A DNA stretch of 64,000 bases from positions 2,539 through 66,538 of the IMG/VR virus record IMGVR_UViG_3300036901_000073, one strand, 5' to 3'. The stretch comes from a virus. Below are positions 29,413 through 39,387 of this stretch, in pieces. The notes beneath the pieces were generated by a model. It was given only the letters and a program-made list of their open reading frames with translations, had not been told where the DNA came from and searched no databases. A program made the position numbers and the translations under genes. Each line of letters begins with the position of its first letter. Position 1 is the first letter of the stretch.

Positions 29413-29443
29413 ATGGGAATCCAAGAGTGTTTTCCCATATTTA
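29411..29443 (-). promoter_or_regulatory. late promoter overlapping a start-codon-sequestering hairpin
   Basis: TAAATA 29443-29438; 9-bp perfect stem ATATGGGAA/TTCCCATAT covering the AT of the ATG. Confidence 0.6.
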
Positions 29444-29450
29444 TGGAAAG

Positions 29451-29897
29451 TCAATCAGGATCGGTGCTTTCCAATCGCTCCGGTTTCGGAAACGCCGTCT
29501 CCATCCATTCGTCGCGAAACTTGATGGCTTCCTCACGCGTGGCGAACGGCGTCACGCCATCGGGGAGGAACCGGTGGTCACTCGGATCATGCTCGAAATT
29601 GTAGGAGATTTTGATTTTGTCGGGATAACGTTTGTCCATCCAGATGGAGATGGTCTCAACGATCACTTTGACCGGTTCGCGTCCATAGGTCATCCACCAG
29701 ACCCAGACCTCGGAGCCAACCGGAAACGGAACGTGGATGCGCATCGGAGCCGGAGTTTCGTCCAGAATTTCGGCCAACTGTTCATGATGAACCGAAAACT
29801 CGGCATCATCCCCGATGTCGGTGCTGACCCGCCAATAATCGCCATCCTGTCTCAGGAGACGCACCGGCATTAGCGCCGTGTCATTGGGTTTGAACAT
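29451..29897 (-). CDS. hypothetical protein
   Basis: 148-aa ORF in a tightly packed early operon. Confidence 0.65.
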   Translation of the reverse strand: MFKPNDTALMPVRLLRQDGDYWRVSTDIGDDAEFSVHHEQLAEILDETPAPMRIHVPFPVGSEVWVWWMTYGREPVKVIVETISIWMDKRYPDKIKISYNFEHDPSDHRFLPDGVTPFATREEAIKFRDEWMETAFPKPERLESTDPD

Positions 29898-30300
29898 TTT
29901 TCGCCTCTTCTACTCGTTTCGCGTCGCGTCGTTCTCGCTTCCGTTGCCTGCTGATCTCCATCCGGTTTTTCTTGCTGATCATGATACCGACGATGATGGC
30001 GGCGGCTTTCTTGTCCATGTTGCGCCGTTCACCTTCAATGATCGCCATCATCAGCAGACCGGTGCAATGCCCAAAGTAGCCTCGCAGTCTATTGCAGTCA
30101 ACGCAGCACGGCCTCTTGTTGAAGCGGTCCATGTCCAGACGAGGCGAGAATCTGCCAATGGATTTCGGCAGGATGTGATCGATGGTGCGTGCCCGTCGAT
30201 CTCCCGAATCATGAGAGCCTTGCATGAACGTGCCGCAGTAGTAGCAGAAATCAAGCTCCGCCCGCGAGACGGGGACACGCTCCAGATATTGACTTTTCAT
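29881..30300 (-). CDS. HNH endonuclease (paralogue 1)
   Basis: CYYC...TIDHILP...N..PCCVDCN zinc-binding HNH pattern. Confidence 0.8.
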   Translation of the reverse strand: MKSQYLERVPVSRAELDFCYYCGTFMQGSHDSGDRRARTIDHILPKSIGRFSPRLDMDRFNKRPCCVDCNRLRGYFGHCTGLLMMAIIEGERRNMDKKAAAIIVGIMISKKNRMEISRQRKRERRDAKRVEEAKNVQTQ

Positions 30301-30337
30301 CGCCCAATCTGCGCTGCCGCCTCCGCGCCCCACGTTA

Positions 30338-30727
30338 TCAGTCGACGTTGTAGAAGCGCAGGATGGCGCGCACCTTGTCCTCGATTTCGCCGACCAGCGG
30401 ACCCACCAGCCTCAGACACAGGCTGTGCTGACCGTCCAACAAGGCGCGGATCGCCACCGTCGCCGAAATCGCGTCGGGATTGCGTAGAGAATTCAAGACG
30501 GTCTCGTCATGGTCTTCGGTTGGTTCATACTCGATACGGTACCAATCACCGTCGCGAGTACGATGGTCGCTGACCACGACCTTGCATCCCGCCTCCTTGT
30601 AGGCTGGTGACATGTGTCGTTCGCCGTGACGTTGCGCTTCATCGCGCGTCATCCGGTGATTCATCCATTCGTGGCCGATCTTGACGAGCAGACGTTCAGT
30701 CATTGATCCGACCACCGGTTTTGACAT
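30338..30727 (-). CDS. hypothetical protein
   Basis: 129-aa ORF in operon context. Confidence 0.6.
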   Translation of the reverse strand: MSKPVVGSMTERLLVKIGHEWMNHRMTRDEAQRHGERHMSPAYKEAGCKVVVSDHRTRDGDWYRIEYEPTEDHDETVLNSLRNPDAISATVAIRALLDGQHSLCLRLVGPLVGEIEDKVRAILRFYNVD

Positions 30728-31130
30728 ACTCTAGGAAACTGGTCTCGCCGTCCACGATTTCCTCGCCGAGTCCTTCGCCTTGATCAACGTCGAACAGTTT
30801 TCGCACCTCGGCGTACCGTGGATTGTCCGAGAAGATGGCTGGTTCAGCCTCGAATTGCATGGTGCCCTGCATCACCGAGATGTGTCCGTACATGGTCAAC
30901 TCGATGAAATAGAGGCGTCCATCATCGCCATCGACGATGCGCACCTGGTTCGCGTAGGTGAGCACCTTGGGGGTGGTGTGCCTGCCGGATTTCGGATCAA
31001 TGGTGACCCGCGTGCCGCGCTGCTTGCCACGGGCGTTGGTCTCCACCCGAAACGTCGCCGTCGCCCGCTGCGACCCAAACGGCCAGTTGGGGATCACGGC
31101 TTCCATGCGAGGATTGCTATAGACCGTCAT
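30696..31130 (-). CDS. hypothetical protein
   Basis: GGAGG SD before ATG 31130. Confidence 0.65.
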   Translation of the reverse strand: MTVYSNPRMEAVIPNWPFGSQRATATFRVETNARGKQRGTRVTIDPKSGRHTTPKVLTYANQVRIVDGDDGRLYFIELTMYGHISVMQGTMQFEAEPAIFSDNPRYAEVRKLFDVDQGEGLGEEIVDGETSFLEYVKTGGRIND

Positions 31131-31131
31131 G

Positions 31132-31482
31132 TTATTCCTCCACCCTGCGGGAAACGTACCGATGCGACGGAGCCTGTGCCTGCCACTTTTGCGCGGCGGC
31201 AATCGCCCCTTCCAGGGTTCCGTCAACTTCCCGGTTCCTGGAGCTAAAGATCAGCCCGAAATTCTGCAAGCCGCTGGCGTAACGAACGCTGTAGCCATAG
31301 CTGCTCTCGACGATCTCGGCCTCGATATAACCCAGACCCGACATCCTGATCTGAAAAGCGACAAGGGTTTGGCTGTCGAAGCACCCCGGCATCTTCAGGG
31401 ACGGCAGGACTTGTTCCGCCTTCAGCGTGGCGATCTTGTCCGCAACGTCCTGGCCAGCAACGAAGATACGCTTGGAAGCCAT
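31132..31482 (-). CDS. hypothetical protein
   Basis: GGAG SD; downstream of sigma70-type promoter. Confidence 0.65.
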   Translation of the reverse strand: MASKRIFVAGQDVADKIATLKAEQVLPSLKMPGCFDSQTLVAFQIRMSGLGYIEAEIVESSYGYSVRYASGLQNFGLIFSSRNREVDGTLEGAIAAAQKWQAQAPSHRYVSRRVEE

Positions 31483-31513
31483 TGGAATACTCCGTGGTTC
31501 GATTTGGTCACGA

Positions 31514-31541
31514 TACCACGGATTTGAGTTCTGTCAAGAAA
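31514..31541 (-). promoter_or_regulatory. early sigma70-type promoter, 28-bp repeat copy 1
   Basis: tttcTTGACAgaactcaaatccgtggTA on minus strand; identical to 31899-31926. Confidence 0.7.
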
Positions 31542-31542
31542 G

Positions 31543-31866
31543 TCAGAGGTCGATTCCACCTTTTTTCAAATCATGCCCCCTCGCGCTAAATTCAGCACGG
31601 ACGATGGAACGAACCAATTCCTCGACAAGCAGTTTGTCCAAGATAGTATCCAGCACGGTAATGACGTTCTCATGATCATTCATTCTGGCGATCATCTTGC
31701 CCAATCGAGATTCCATGGCGTAATGATAGCCGCATCCCATGTAGCTTTTGCCTCTCAGTGCGAACACCCGAGTCGCAAGGCGTGGCACATGTTTGTTGAT
31801 CCGACGCCGCCAATCGTAATGTTTTTTGGCTTTCTCTGGATCAATGGTCTCCGACATGTAACCCAT
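31543..31866 (-). CDS. hypothetical protein
   Basis: 107-aa ORF between the two repeated promoters. Confidence 0.6.
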   Translation of the reverse strand: MGYMSETIDPEKAKKHYDWRRRINKHVPRLATRVFALRGKSYMGCGYHYAMESRLGKMIARMNDHENVITVLDTILDKLLVEELVRSIVRAEFSARGHDLKKGGIDL

Positions 31867-31898
31867 CTGAGTAATGCGCTCCGTTGGTGTTTCGAAGT

Positions 31899-31926
31899 TA
31901 CCACGGATTTGAGTTCTGTCAAGAAA
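31899..31926 (-). promoter_or_regulatory. early sigma70-type promoter, 28-bp repeat copy 2
   Basis: Exact copy of 31514-31541. Confidence 0.7.
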
Positions 31927-31928
31927 TC

Positions 31929-32255
31929 TCAGGCTTCGGCGACGAAGATAATTCGACCTTTGATTTCTGGCCCATCATAGAAATATTCACCGGGGTTGTG
32001 GGCTTCATAGACATCTTTTGCCAACACCATTACACGCAATACGTGCGCGTTCTCTCCCTCGACGACAGCGACATGTTGGGCGTGGCCTATCGCCCAGTTT
32101 TGGTTGCGGGTCACGTAATCCATCGAATGAAGCATCATCTCGGTCGTCACCACGGCGCGATAGATGACGACGTATTTTTCTTTATAGCCGGTTTCCGGCA
32201 GGCATTTGCCCCTCTCACTTCGGCGATCTTCATTGAGGATTTCGTTGATTAGCAT
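31929..32255 (-). CDS. small ART-fold-like protein with capsid-targeting-like leader
   Basis: MLINEILNE-D leader; VVIYRAV...DYVT.N..WA..HA...V.AKDV...GEYFY. Confidence 0.6.
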   Translation of the reverse strand: MLINEILNEDRRSERGKCLPETGYKEKYVVIYRAVVTTEMMLHSMDYVTRNQNWAIGHAQHVAVVEGENAHVLRVMVLAKDVYEAHNPGEYFYDGPEIKGRIIFVAEA

Positions 32256-32263
32256 CGTGATAC

Positions 32264-34555
32264 TCAGTAGTTGTTGACAACTGATTTGCTGGCTCCGCTG
32301 CCACCATCGCTGATCGCGCCACTGCCATTGATGTTATTCAGGGTAATGACATAGCGGTTGCTCGCGCCGGTCGCCACCGTGACACTGCCGGTATTGAACC
32401 CCCAGACCTCCGAGGTTCCAAGAGCATTACCGATGATGCTGAAATCAGTGACGTTGGCGGATATCTGGATCGCCGAACCACTTGAACCATAAATCTGGTT
32501 CTCGGTGATGATCGTGTTGACCCCGGCGTCGATCTGAATGCCATAGGGAACATTGGCGATCTGGCAACCACGAATGGTCGCGTCACCCGAGAAACCGGTG
32601 GTCAGATTGATGCCATCGGATACCGCCTCGCAGGAATTCGCGTAGGTCAGGTTCTCGATCAACAGGCCAGCACCCGAAGTGGCTCTCAGACCAAATTCGA
32701 GATAACTGTCGCAATCGGAATCGGTGATGGTGTTCTTCTGGGGTCCGGTTCCGGCCAGTGTATTGGTCAGATAGATGCCGCCACGATAGGCACCCGACAT
32801 GTCGCAATGATGGAAATAGTTGACATTCGCGCCGGTATCGAGATTGACCGCCACCGTTCCGGTGCCGCAGGCGGTTTGCCAGGTCACGCCATTATCGATG
32901 ATATTGGAACCAAACTGTAATGGTGTTGGCGCGGTGCTTCCCGAAGTGCCACCCGAGACGCATTGCAGATAATAGCCGCCCGTCGAGCAAACTTGATTCT
33001 GACTATAAGAATGTGACGCGACCCAGGCTCCGGTCAGTTGTGAGGCGACGGGTGCGACATTGGTTGGCCAGACCTGATCGATCTTGACTCGCTCGAAGAA
33101 ACATGCTCCGGCGTTCTGCACCACCACTGAAGCGGTGCCACTGGAGTTGTAGATTTTATCGCGGGTGAAACAATTATCCGCCGCGCCACCGTTCACCAAC
33201 AGCGGAATGTAGCCACCCGTGATGTTGCAATCGGTGATTTTACTTTCGACGCATCCGTTGAATTGCATGGTTGGCATCGTGTTGATCGCGAGATGTGGAT
33301 CATCGATCCACATGTTCTCAAAGGCGATGGCACCGCCAATGACTTCGAACATGCCGACGCCAGCCGTCAGCGCCTGAAGCAGAGTATTCTGCGTACTATG
33401 TCCGGCGAGCCGGAGGCCGGTGGTGTCGATGACCAGTTTTGTTCCGGTACGATAATATCCGGTTGGAAAAATCAGCGGGCTGATGCCAACTGCTGTGCAA
33501 TAAGTTATCGCGTTCTGAAGCGCCGTGTAGTCATTCGTCGTACCGTCACCCTTGGCACCGAACCATTTCACAGATATTCCATCTTTGATACTAAAACGAT
33601 ACCAACTTCTGCTCGACGCGTCATTGAAGATCGTGCCACCATTATCGGTCGTGCTGCTGCCGATGAAGAGCAATCCTTCACCGCCATCCTGCGCGCCGTA
33701 ATATCCTTCGAGGTACACGAGACCTTCTGGATTGGTGCTGCTGGTGATCGCGCGCAGCGCGGTGACATTGGCGACCACTCCGCGTCCCGCCAGGGCTTGC
33801 GCGATCTCCGTCGTGCTGGCCGCGATCACGGGTGTCATCGCCGAGGAAACCGCGACGCTGGGACCTGTTGGGCCGGTGGGTCCGACGACCGTGGAGGCCG
33901 CGCCAACGGCTCCCGTGGGTCCGACCGGTCCCGTGGGTCCCGTGGGTCCGATGACCGTGGAGGCCGCCCCCGTGGGTCCGGTGACCGATGGGCCAGTGGC
34001 ACCTGTTGGTCCGGTTGGGCCTGGTACCGTTGAATTCGCGCCGGTCATGCCAATGGGGCCGCGTGATCCGGTCGGGCCTGTCCATCCCGTGGGTCCGGTG
34101 ATGGTTGAAACCGCTCCGGTGGGTCCAAGGGCTCCGGTTGGTCCCGTGGGTCCGGTGTAGCCCGTCGCTCCGGTCGATGAGGCGTTGCCTGGTAAACCCG
34201 TGGGTCCGGTTGGTCCCGTGGGTCCGGTATGACCCGTCGCCCCGGTCGATGAGGCGATGCCCGGTGCGCCCGCCGCCCCGGTTGGGCCGGTGGGTCCGAC
34301 CACCGTGCCATCCGACGAAATCGTGATGTTCCCGTTATTAAGATTGAACAGGATGCCGGGACCGTTGAGAATATTTCTCAGGGTCACGATGACACTGCCA
34401 GAATTTTGCGACACCGAACTGAATAACTGGAGTCCGGTCGACGGCGTCTGGATCACGAAGCTCGAAAGCGTTTGCGAAATACCGCTCGCCTGCGTCGGTG
34501 ACGTGGACGTGAACGTTACATTTCCGCTGAAATTCCCAGAACCAACCGTGGGCAT
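32264..34555 (-). CDS. collagen-like fibre with pectate-lyase-type beta-helix (tailspike/depolymerase)
   Basis: GPT collagen repeats, [23 protein letters not shown] motif, beta-helix repeats; late box 34585-34590. Confidence 0.8.
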   Translation of the reverse strand: MPTVGSGNFSGNVTFTSTSPTQASGISQTLSSFVIQTPSTGLQLFSSVSQNSGSVIVTLRNILNGPGILFNLNNGNITISSDGTVVGPTGPTGAAGAPGIASSTGATGHTGPTGPTGPTGLPGNASSTGATGYTGPTGPTGALGPTGAVSTITGPTGWTGPTGSRGPIGMTGANSTVPGPTGPTGATGPSVTGPTGAASTVIGPTGPTGPVGPTGAVGAASTVVGPTGPTGPSVAVSSAMTPVIAASTTEIAQALAGRGVVANVTALRAITSSTNPEGLVYLEGYYGAQDGGEGLLFIGSSTTDNGGTIFNDASSRSWYRFSIKDGISVKWFGAKGDGTTNDYTALQNAITYCTAVGISPLIFPTGYYRTGTKLVIDTTGLRLAGHSTQNTLLQALTAGVGMFEVIGGAIAFENMWIDDPHLAINTMPTMQFNGCVESKITDCNITGGYIPLLVNGGAADNCFTRDKIYNSSGTASVVVQNAGACFFERVKIDQVWPTNVAPVASQLTGAWVASHSYSQNQVCSTGGYYLQCVSGGTSGSTAPTPLQFGSNIIDNGVTWQTACGTGTVAVNLDTGANVNYFHHCDMSGAYRGGIYLTNTLAGTGPQKNTITDSDCDSYLEFGLRATSGAGLLIENLTYANSCEAVSDGINLTTGFSGDATIRGCQIANVPYGIQIDAGVNTIITENQIYGSSGSAIQISANVTDFSIIGNALGTSEVWGFNTGSVTVATGASNRYVITLNNINGSGAISDGGSGASKSVVNNY

Positions 34556-34617
34556 TGCTTAAAATCCAAAAATATTCTAAGCAATATTTAGTTGGATCAG
34601 TGCAGTCGTCTTAAATC

Positions 34618-37600
34618 TTACCGAGGTCCCTGGTTTTGCCCGATTTGCTTCCAACCGTTCGAGATTATCGTGGCACCAGCGCCAGAGTTGATTACCTGAT
34701 AACCCGCCGCCGTTCCCGCCGCCGCGTTCACGAATGGATTGCCGCTCAACAATACACCGGATGAATCATAAAGCCCGAGGGCACTCGACCCGTTGGACCA
34801 GCCAAACGGAGAAAACGGAAACGAACCGGTCGCCGTGTAGTACCAGTTCAGCCCTAGGGTGGGGAAAGTGCTATCGCCCGAGCCGCCAAACATCAGACCT
34901 TGCGGGGTCGGAGCGGTGCCGCTTGCGTTATAGGTAATGTTTCCACCAGTGGTGACACCGTTGACGGTGCCAGGGCCGAATGTGATGTTATCGCCGGTTC
35001 CGGCACCGCCGCCTGGCATATACCATGAGTAGACGTTTTGATTGCCATCGGTCACCTGACTCGGGCACGCAGTTGAATCGAAAATGTTGTTGGTGATGAG
35101 GTTGTTCTGGCCACCATCATTGACCGTGATGCCATTCGTCCAGATGCCGAACGCGATATTTCCCGCGACTTTCGCCGCCGAAGTGCTATTGTCGAGATAG
35201 AGTGCTTCATCCCCATTGCCGCAACCTCCATTGGTCACATTACTGACCATGTTCTCCGTGGCGTTGAGGGTGCCAATGGGCAAACCGGAAATGTTGTTGG
35301 TGTCATACCATCCGAGATAGATCGCCCCGCAATCTGAGTTACCGGTGCAGATGGTGTTGACGACATTGAGATCATAACTGAATGTCATCGAATAACCGCC
35401 GAGGCCAGACGCCCCGGAAGCCCCGGTGATGCCAAACCCAGCCAGGCGCTGAACGAAATTGTGACTGACATCATAGTTCGTCCACCAATCCCATACGGAT
35501 GTGCCACCGCCCGCGCCATTGCATGTCGGATCATCGCCGTTGCTCGCGGCCCCGCAGGTATTGTAGAGGTCCTGAAATGTGTTGTCGGTTTCAGTGAGAT
35601 TGGTTGGATTGTAATCGTAATAACCACCACCATAGAAATGCTGAAGGGTCAGTCCTTGCCGAGTCATCCCCGTCACATAAGAACCACCGGAATTCGCATA
35701 ACCGCTCTCGAATGCCACGAACACGCAACCGGCAATATCAGGCACGGGAACGTTGCCAGACGAAGAAGGACAGCCGCCGTCAATGACGGGTGTATCTCCC
35801 GGCCATGCCGCCCAAACTTCTCCGTTGTCGGAAGCGGTCTGACAGATCAAGGCATTCGGAATAAGACCGTCACTTCCGCCGCCGTTATGCGTCGTAAAAT
35901 TGCAGGTTGCCGGATTGTTGGTTGTCGTGAAATTTCCGCCCGTGCTTCTCAAGAAAATCGTCTTGTTGGAACCACCTTGCGCGGCTGTCTGGGCTTTCGG
36001 TAATGTGGCGAAGCACGATGAAGTGGGAGAACCAGTGCTGGCGATCCCGGAATTGCTGTCGCTGCCGCCAACGTCCACGCAATAAGCATTTCCTGGAGAA
36101 TAGGTCAGGCCAGCGATACTTTGCAAATTCGCGCCAGTCAGAGTGGCGTTCACATTGGATGAGTTCTGAATCGTCGCGCCATTCAGGTTGATCGCTGATG
36201 ATGAGGTGCTGACGGTGGCTTCCGCCTGACCGCCCCATACAGTATGTCCAAAATACAGCGTGCTCGTTCCGCTTCCGCTTCCCTTTCCTCCACAATGTTG
36301 GGCATAAGTGGGCTTCGTTCGTACGCCATCAACATCATCACAGAGATAAGCAATGCTTGGGACTGGAGACGTGGCGAGATTCAGGCGAGGATGCCATGAT
36401 CCACCCACCGTCACTGCGGTATTGAAATTAACAGAATATACACATACAGTACCAACGCCGGATACGGTTCCGGAACAAGACGACGTGATCGATGAGACCG
36501 TTGGGCCACTACCACCGCCATTGCCGCCGCCGCAATTTTCCGAGCAATACGAATATTTGAAGGCGACGAAGCCGTAGCCGCCATTGCCTCCGGCTTGTGC
36601 CGAGCCAGCGACTGTTGCACTTCCACCACCGCCGCCGCATGCGCCGTTTCCAGGAATCGCCGTGATGAATCCCGTGGCTCCGCCACCACCGCCGCCGGAA
36701 CCATGGATCGAATCCCAATTTCCTCCACATCCACCATTGCCAGCGTTTCCCGTGGTGCCAGAACCAGCACCGCCACCACCGAGGGTTCCGTTGCCGCCTG
36801 ATGCAGTTGTCCCGACTCCTGCACCACTGCCCAGGAAGTCCTCGCCGCCGTTGCCGCCCGTCGATGACGTGCCGACTGAGCCAGCGGTGCCACCATTGGC
36901 CCCGCCACCGCCTGATCCCGGTGATGGTGATATGTTGCTGCCATAGCCGTTACCGCCATTGGCTCCGGCTCCGTTTGGTCCGGCTGCGCCGCCACCACCT
37001 GGTGCTCCGGCTTGTGGCATCGTGCCCGAGGAACCGCCATTGTATGTCAACGCACCGATGGAATTGGCTGCCAATCCTCCGGTGCCACCGGTCGTGTTGC
37101 CACCAACGCCAAAGTCGGCACATAAGGGCGCGCTGACAGCAGCCGCTGCTGAACAGGTGCCATAGGTGCTGGCGGTTCCACCAAATATCGCGGCTTGAGC
37201 ACTGGTGCCGGGATTGAATGACGCACTCGCGGCACCACCAACACCAGGAAGGCCCGCTGAAAATGGGACGACCGTCCCAGGTGACGTTGAGAATGTGGTG
37301 ATTTTCGCATATGCGCCACCACCACCAGCGGCCAAATCTCCGGAATAATCGATGGTATTGGTCGATCCATTCGAACCACCGCCGCCGCCAGCGACTGCTT
37401 CAACTGAGAGTGTCGCGACATAGTTGGCGGGCACGATGAACTGTGAGCCGCCCATCACGTAATTCCACGAACACGTGCCGTCGACTATTCCGGTGCCAGT
37501 ACCACTCGGACCTGACCCGGTCGCCGCTGACACACATGATGCGACAGTCTCGACATACGTGCTGTTGGCTGAAGAGTAGGTATAAACATAATCTGTGCCG

Positions 37601-37773
37601 TTCGTTCCGGCTTCATACGGATAGTTGTTCTGCCATGTGGAAAAATAATCGGTGGTCGTGCTAAGAACGACACCTCCGCCAAGTTGCGTGAAACCAGCGG
37701 GGAGACCAATCTGGGCGGTTGCTGATGTGATGACGAATAAGCAGGAAAGCAGGAAGAATATTGACTTTTTCAT
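34618..37773 (-). CDS. Gly-rich, beta-helix protein with Sec-type signal peptide
   Basis: MKKSIFFLLSCLFVITSATA-Q; GGGGG repeats; Cys-rich; C-terminal beta-helix; full TATAAATA at 37799-37806. Confidence 0.7.
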   Translation of the reverse strand: MKKSIFFLLSCLFVITSATAQIGLPAGFTQLGGGVVLSTTTDYFSTWQNNYPYEAGTNGTDYVYTYSSANSTYVETVASCVSAATGSGPSGTGTGIVDGTCSWNYVMGGSQFIVPANYVATLSVEAVAGGGGGSNGSTNTIDYSGDLAAGGGGAYAKITTFSTSPGTVVPFSAGLPGVGGAASASFNPGTSAQAAIFGGTASTYGTCSAAAAVSAPLCADFGVGGNTTGGTGGLAANSIGALTYNGGSSGTMPQAGAPGGGGAAGPNGAGANGGNGYGSNISPSPGSGGGGANGGTAGSVGTSSTGGNGGEDFLGSGAGVGTTASGGNGTLGGGGAGSGTTGNAGNGGCGGNWDSIHGSGGGGGGATGFITAIPGNGACGGGGGSATVAGSAQAGGNGGYGFVAFKYSYCSENCGGGNGGGSGPTVSSITSSCSGTVSGVGTVCVYSVNFNTAVTVGGSWHPRLNLATSPVPSIAYLCDDVDGVRTKPTYAQHCGGKGSGSGTSTLYFGHTVWGGQAEATVSTSSSAINLNGATIQNSSNVNATLTGANLQSIAGLTYSPGNAYCVDVGGSDSNSGIASTGSPTSSCFATLPKAQTAAQGGSNKTIFLRSTGGNFTTTNNPATCNFTTHNGGGSDGLIPNALICQTASDNGEVWAAWPGDTPVIDGGCPSSSGNVPVPDIAGCVFVAFESGYANSGGSYVTGMTRQGLTLQHFYGGGYYDYNPTNLTETDNTFQDLYNTCGAASNGDDPTCNGAGGGTSVWDWWTNYDVSHNFVQRLAGFGITGASGASGLGGYSMTFSYDLNVVNTICTGNSDCGAIYLGWYDTNNISGLPIGTLNATENMVSNVTNGGCGNGDEALYLDNSTSAAKVAGNIAFGIWTNGITVNDGGQNNLITNNIFDSTACPSQVTDGNQNVYSWYMPGGGAGTGDNITFGPGTVNGVTTGGNITYNASGTAPTPQGLMFGGSGDSTFPTLGLNWYYTATGSFPFSPFGWSNGSSALGLYDSSGVLLSGNPFVNAAAGTAAGYQVINSGAGATIISNGWKQIGQNQGPR

Positions 37774-37808
37774 GAACCATTCTTAAACCGGAATGGTCTA
37801 TTTATATC

Positions 37809-38423
37809 TCAATATATCAGAGCATCTATGCGCTTGTATTTTATGTTGAAGGCATTCATCACGATCTCGACTTCTCGCAGACACTGATCGCGGCCACCGC
37901 CAACCAGATAAGCACCGCTGAATTTCTTCAGTTGAGCGATGGAGATGTCTGGTGTGATCAAAGGGTCGTACAAGACAAAGTCTTGAAAATCGTTCCCGAG
38001 AAAGTCGCGGAAACCCTGTTCGTAGGTGTCTGAATTCTCGCCACCAAACAACCGACGACTATCGTTGATTCTGCTCTGATACATGAGACGCAAGGTCTTG
38101 ATGATACCTGCCGGAGAAATCCCCTCGTCCATCCATGCTCTCAGGAAGGCGTAGCCCTTATCGACGATCTGCACGCGTGACCAGTTCTCTTCGTCGAATC
38201 CATAATCGTCCCAGAACATTTGGATGTCCTGAACGGTATCTCCGGAAAGTTGCTGTGCCTCGGCGTTCACGAACATCAGCACGGGGCCGGTCTGACTGTT
38301 CACGAACCGTATTATCCTTTCAAACACCGGACTTTCATCGCCATACTTGTAATATTCCGGTTGTACGTCGACCACGATACAAGGATGCGCCGAGCCTTCC
38401 CATATTTCCTCGAACCGCATCAA
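37809..38423 (-). CDS. cysteine hydrolase (isochorismatase/nicotinamidase-like) with capsid-targeting-like leader
   Basis: IVVDVQP (Asp), VDKGY (Lys), VGGGRDQCL (Cys) triad pattern; leader MRFEEIWE-G. Confidence 0.65.
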   Translation of the reverse strand: MMRFEEIWEGSAHPCIVVDVQPEYYKYGDESPVFERIIRFVNSQTGPVLMFVNAEAQQLSGDTVQDIQMFWDDYGFDEENWSRVQIVDKGYAFLRAWMDEGISPAGIIKTLRLMYQSRINDSRRLFGGENSDTYEQGFRDFLGNDFQDFVLYDPLITPDISIAQLKKFSGAYLVGGGRDQCLREVEIVMNAFNIKYKRIDALIY

Positions 38424-38896
38424 CCTTCCTTCTTGATCTGTTCCCGCAACCGTTTCAGAAGCTCGTTGCGATCCTCGACCACGATGGTATGACCATCGGT
38501 GGTGCTGGCTGCCTGCTCCGCGCCAATGACGTGATTGGTGCGTTTCTCTTCCAACACCAGTTTCAATGCCTTAAGCTGAGCGTCGCGTTTTGAATTCTTG
38601 GCGCTCATGGCGTGGCCATACATGATGGCGGCGATCTCGAAGATGCCGCGTTGACGTGGAATGTCGATGTTGTAGGCATAGGACATCAAGTCCCTGGCAT
38701 GACCAACGATTTCATCATGCAGGACATCCATGGCTGCGTCGTGATCGCTGCCATCCAACATGGTGGCGCGTGATGTCAGTTCACGCACACCAGAAACGGC
38801 TTTCTCGACCTCTTCTTGTTCGACATCGACGCCTTGTTCAGCGAGAACCTCATCGAGCGGTCGCAGATTGAGGAAATCTTCCAGTCCCTTCGTCAT
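38420..38896 (-). CDS. helical protein, possibly terminase small subunit-like
   Basis: MTKGLEDFLNL...DRNELLKRL; coupled to gp4-like gene; function is inference. Confidence 0.45.
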   Translation of the reverse strand: MTKGLEDFLNLRPLDEVLAEQGVDVEQEEVEKAVSGVRELTSRATMLDGSDHDAAMDVLHDEIVGHARDLMSYAYNIDIPRQRGIFEIAAIMYGHAMSAKNSKRDAQLKALKLVLEEKRTNHVIGAEQAASTTDGHTIVVEDRNELLKRLREQIKKEG

Positions 38897-39369
38897 CGTT
38901 TGTATCCGAACAACTGGTTCTCGGTGACAAATTTGAACTGCCATCCACGTTCGACGCAGTATTTCATACCAGCGGCGAACTTCGCGGCATTGACGATTTG
39001 TTTCGCTTGCTTCACGGATGACACCTTGCCGGTGAATCCACTCAACGCCACTGGCACTTCATCCAATGGCTTGACCTCGATGACCTCGACGTGTTGCTTG
39101 CCATGCCGGTCGATGTACTGCACCCAGAAATCCGGCACGTAGATCGTCCAACTGCCAGGTCTGAGAGGATTCTGATACGGGATGCCGCTAATGCCATTGT
39201 GGACATGATTGGTTGGCAACGATTCATTCATCCAGTGTAGCACGTCAGGACCTTGATCGAAACGCATCATCACCGACCATTCCCAGGAGGATCGGGCGAT
39301 GATGTTGTTGATGTTATTGCCAAGATATTTCTTGGGATTTCTTGGTGTGAAGATGCCTTTGTCAGCCAT
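38893..39369 (-). CDS. head completion nuclease (T4 gp4-like, TnsA-type PD-(D/E)xK)
   Basis: GIFTPRNPKKYLG...RSSWE...YVPDF...IEVKP...F.FVTE. Confidence 0.88.
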   Translation of the reverse strand: MADKGIFTPRNPKKYLGNNINNIIARSSWEWSVMMRFDQGPDVLHWMNESLPTNHVHNGISGIPYQNPLRPGSWTIYVPDFWVQYIDRHGKQHVEVIEVKPLDEVPVALSGFTGKVSSVKQAKQIVNAAKFAAGMKYCVERGWQFKFVTENQLFGYKR

Positions 39370-39387
39370 GACACTATTTAGTGTTGG

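Noticed and set aside
33850-34300. Tandem ggtcc/ccggt repeats (also ~43980-44130) as a CRISPR-like array or non-coding repeat
   Set aside because: They encode Gly-Pro-Thr collagen triplets inside fibre genes; no repeat-spacer structure
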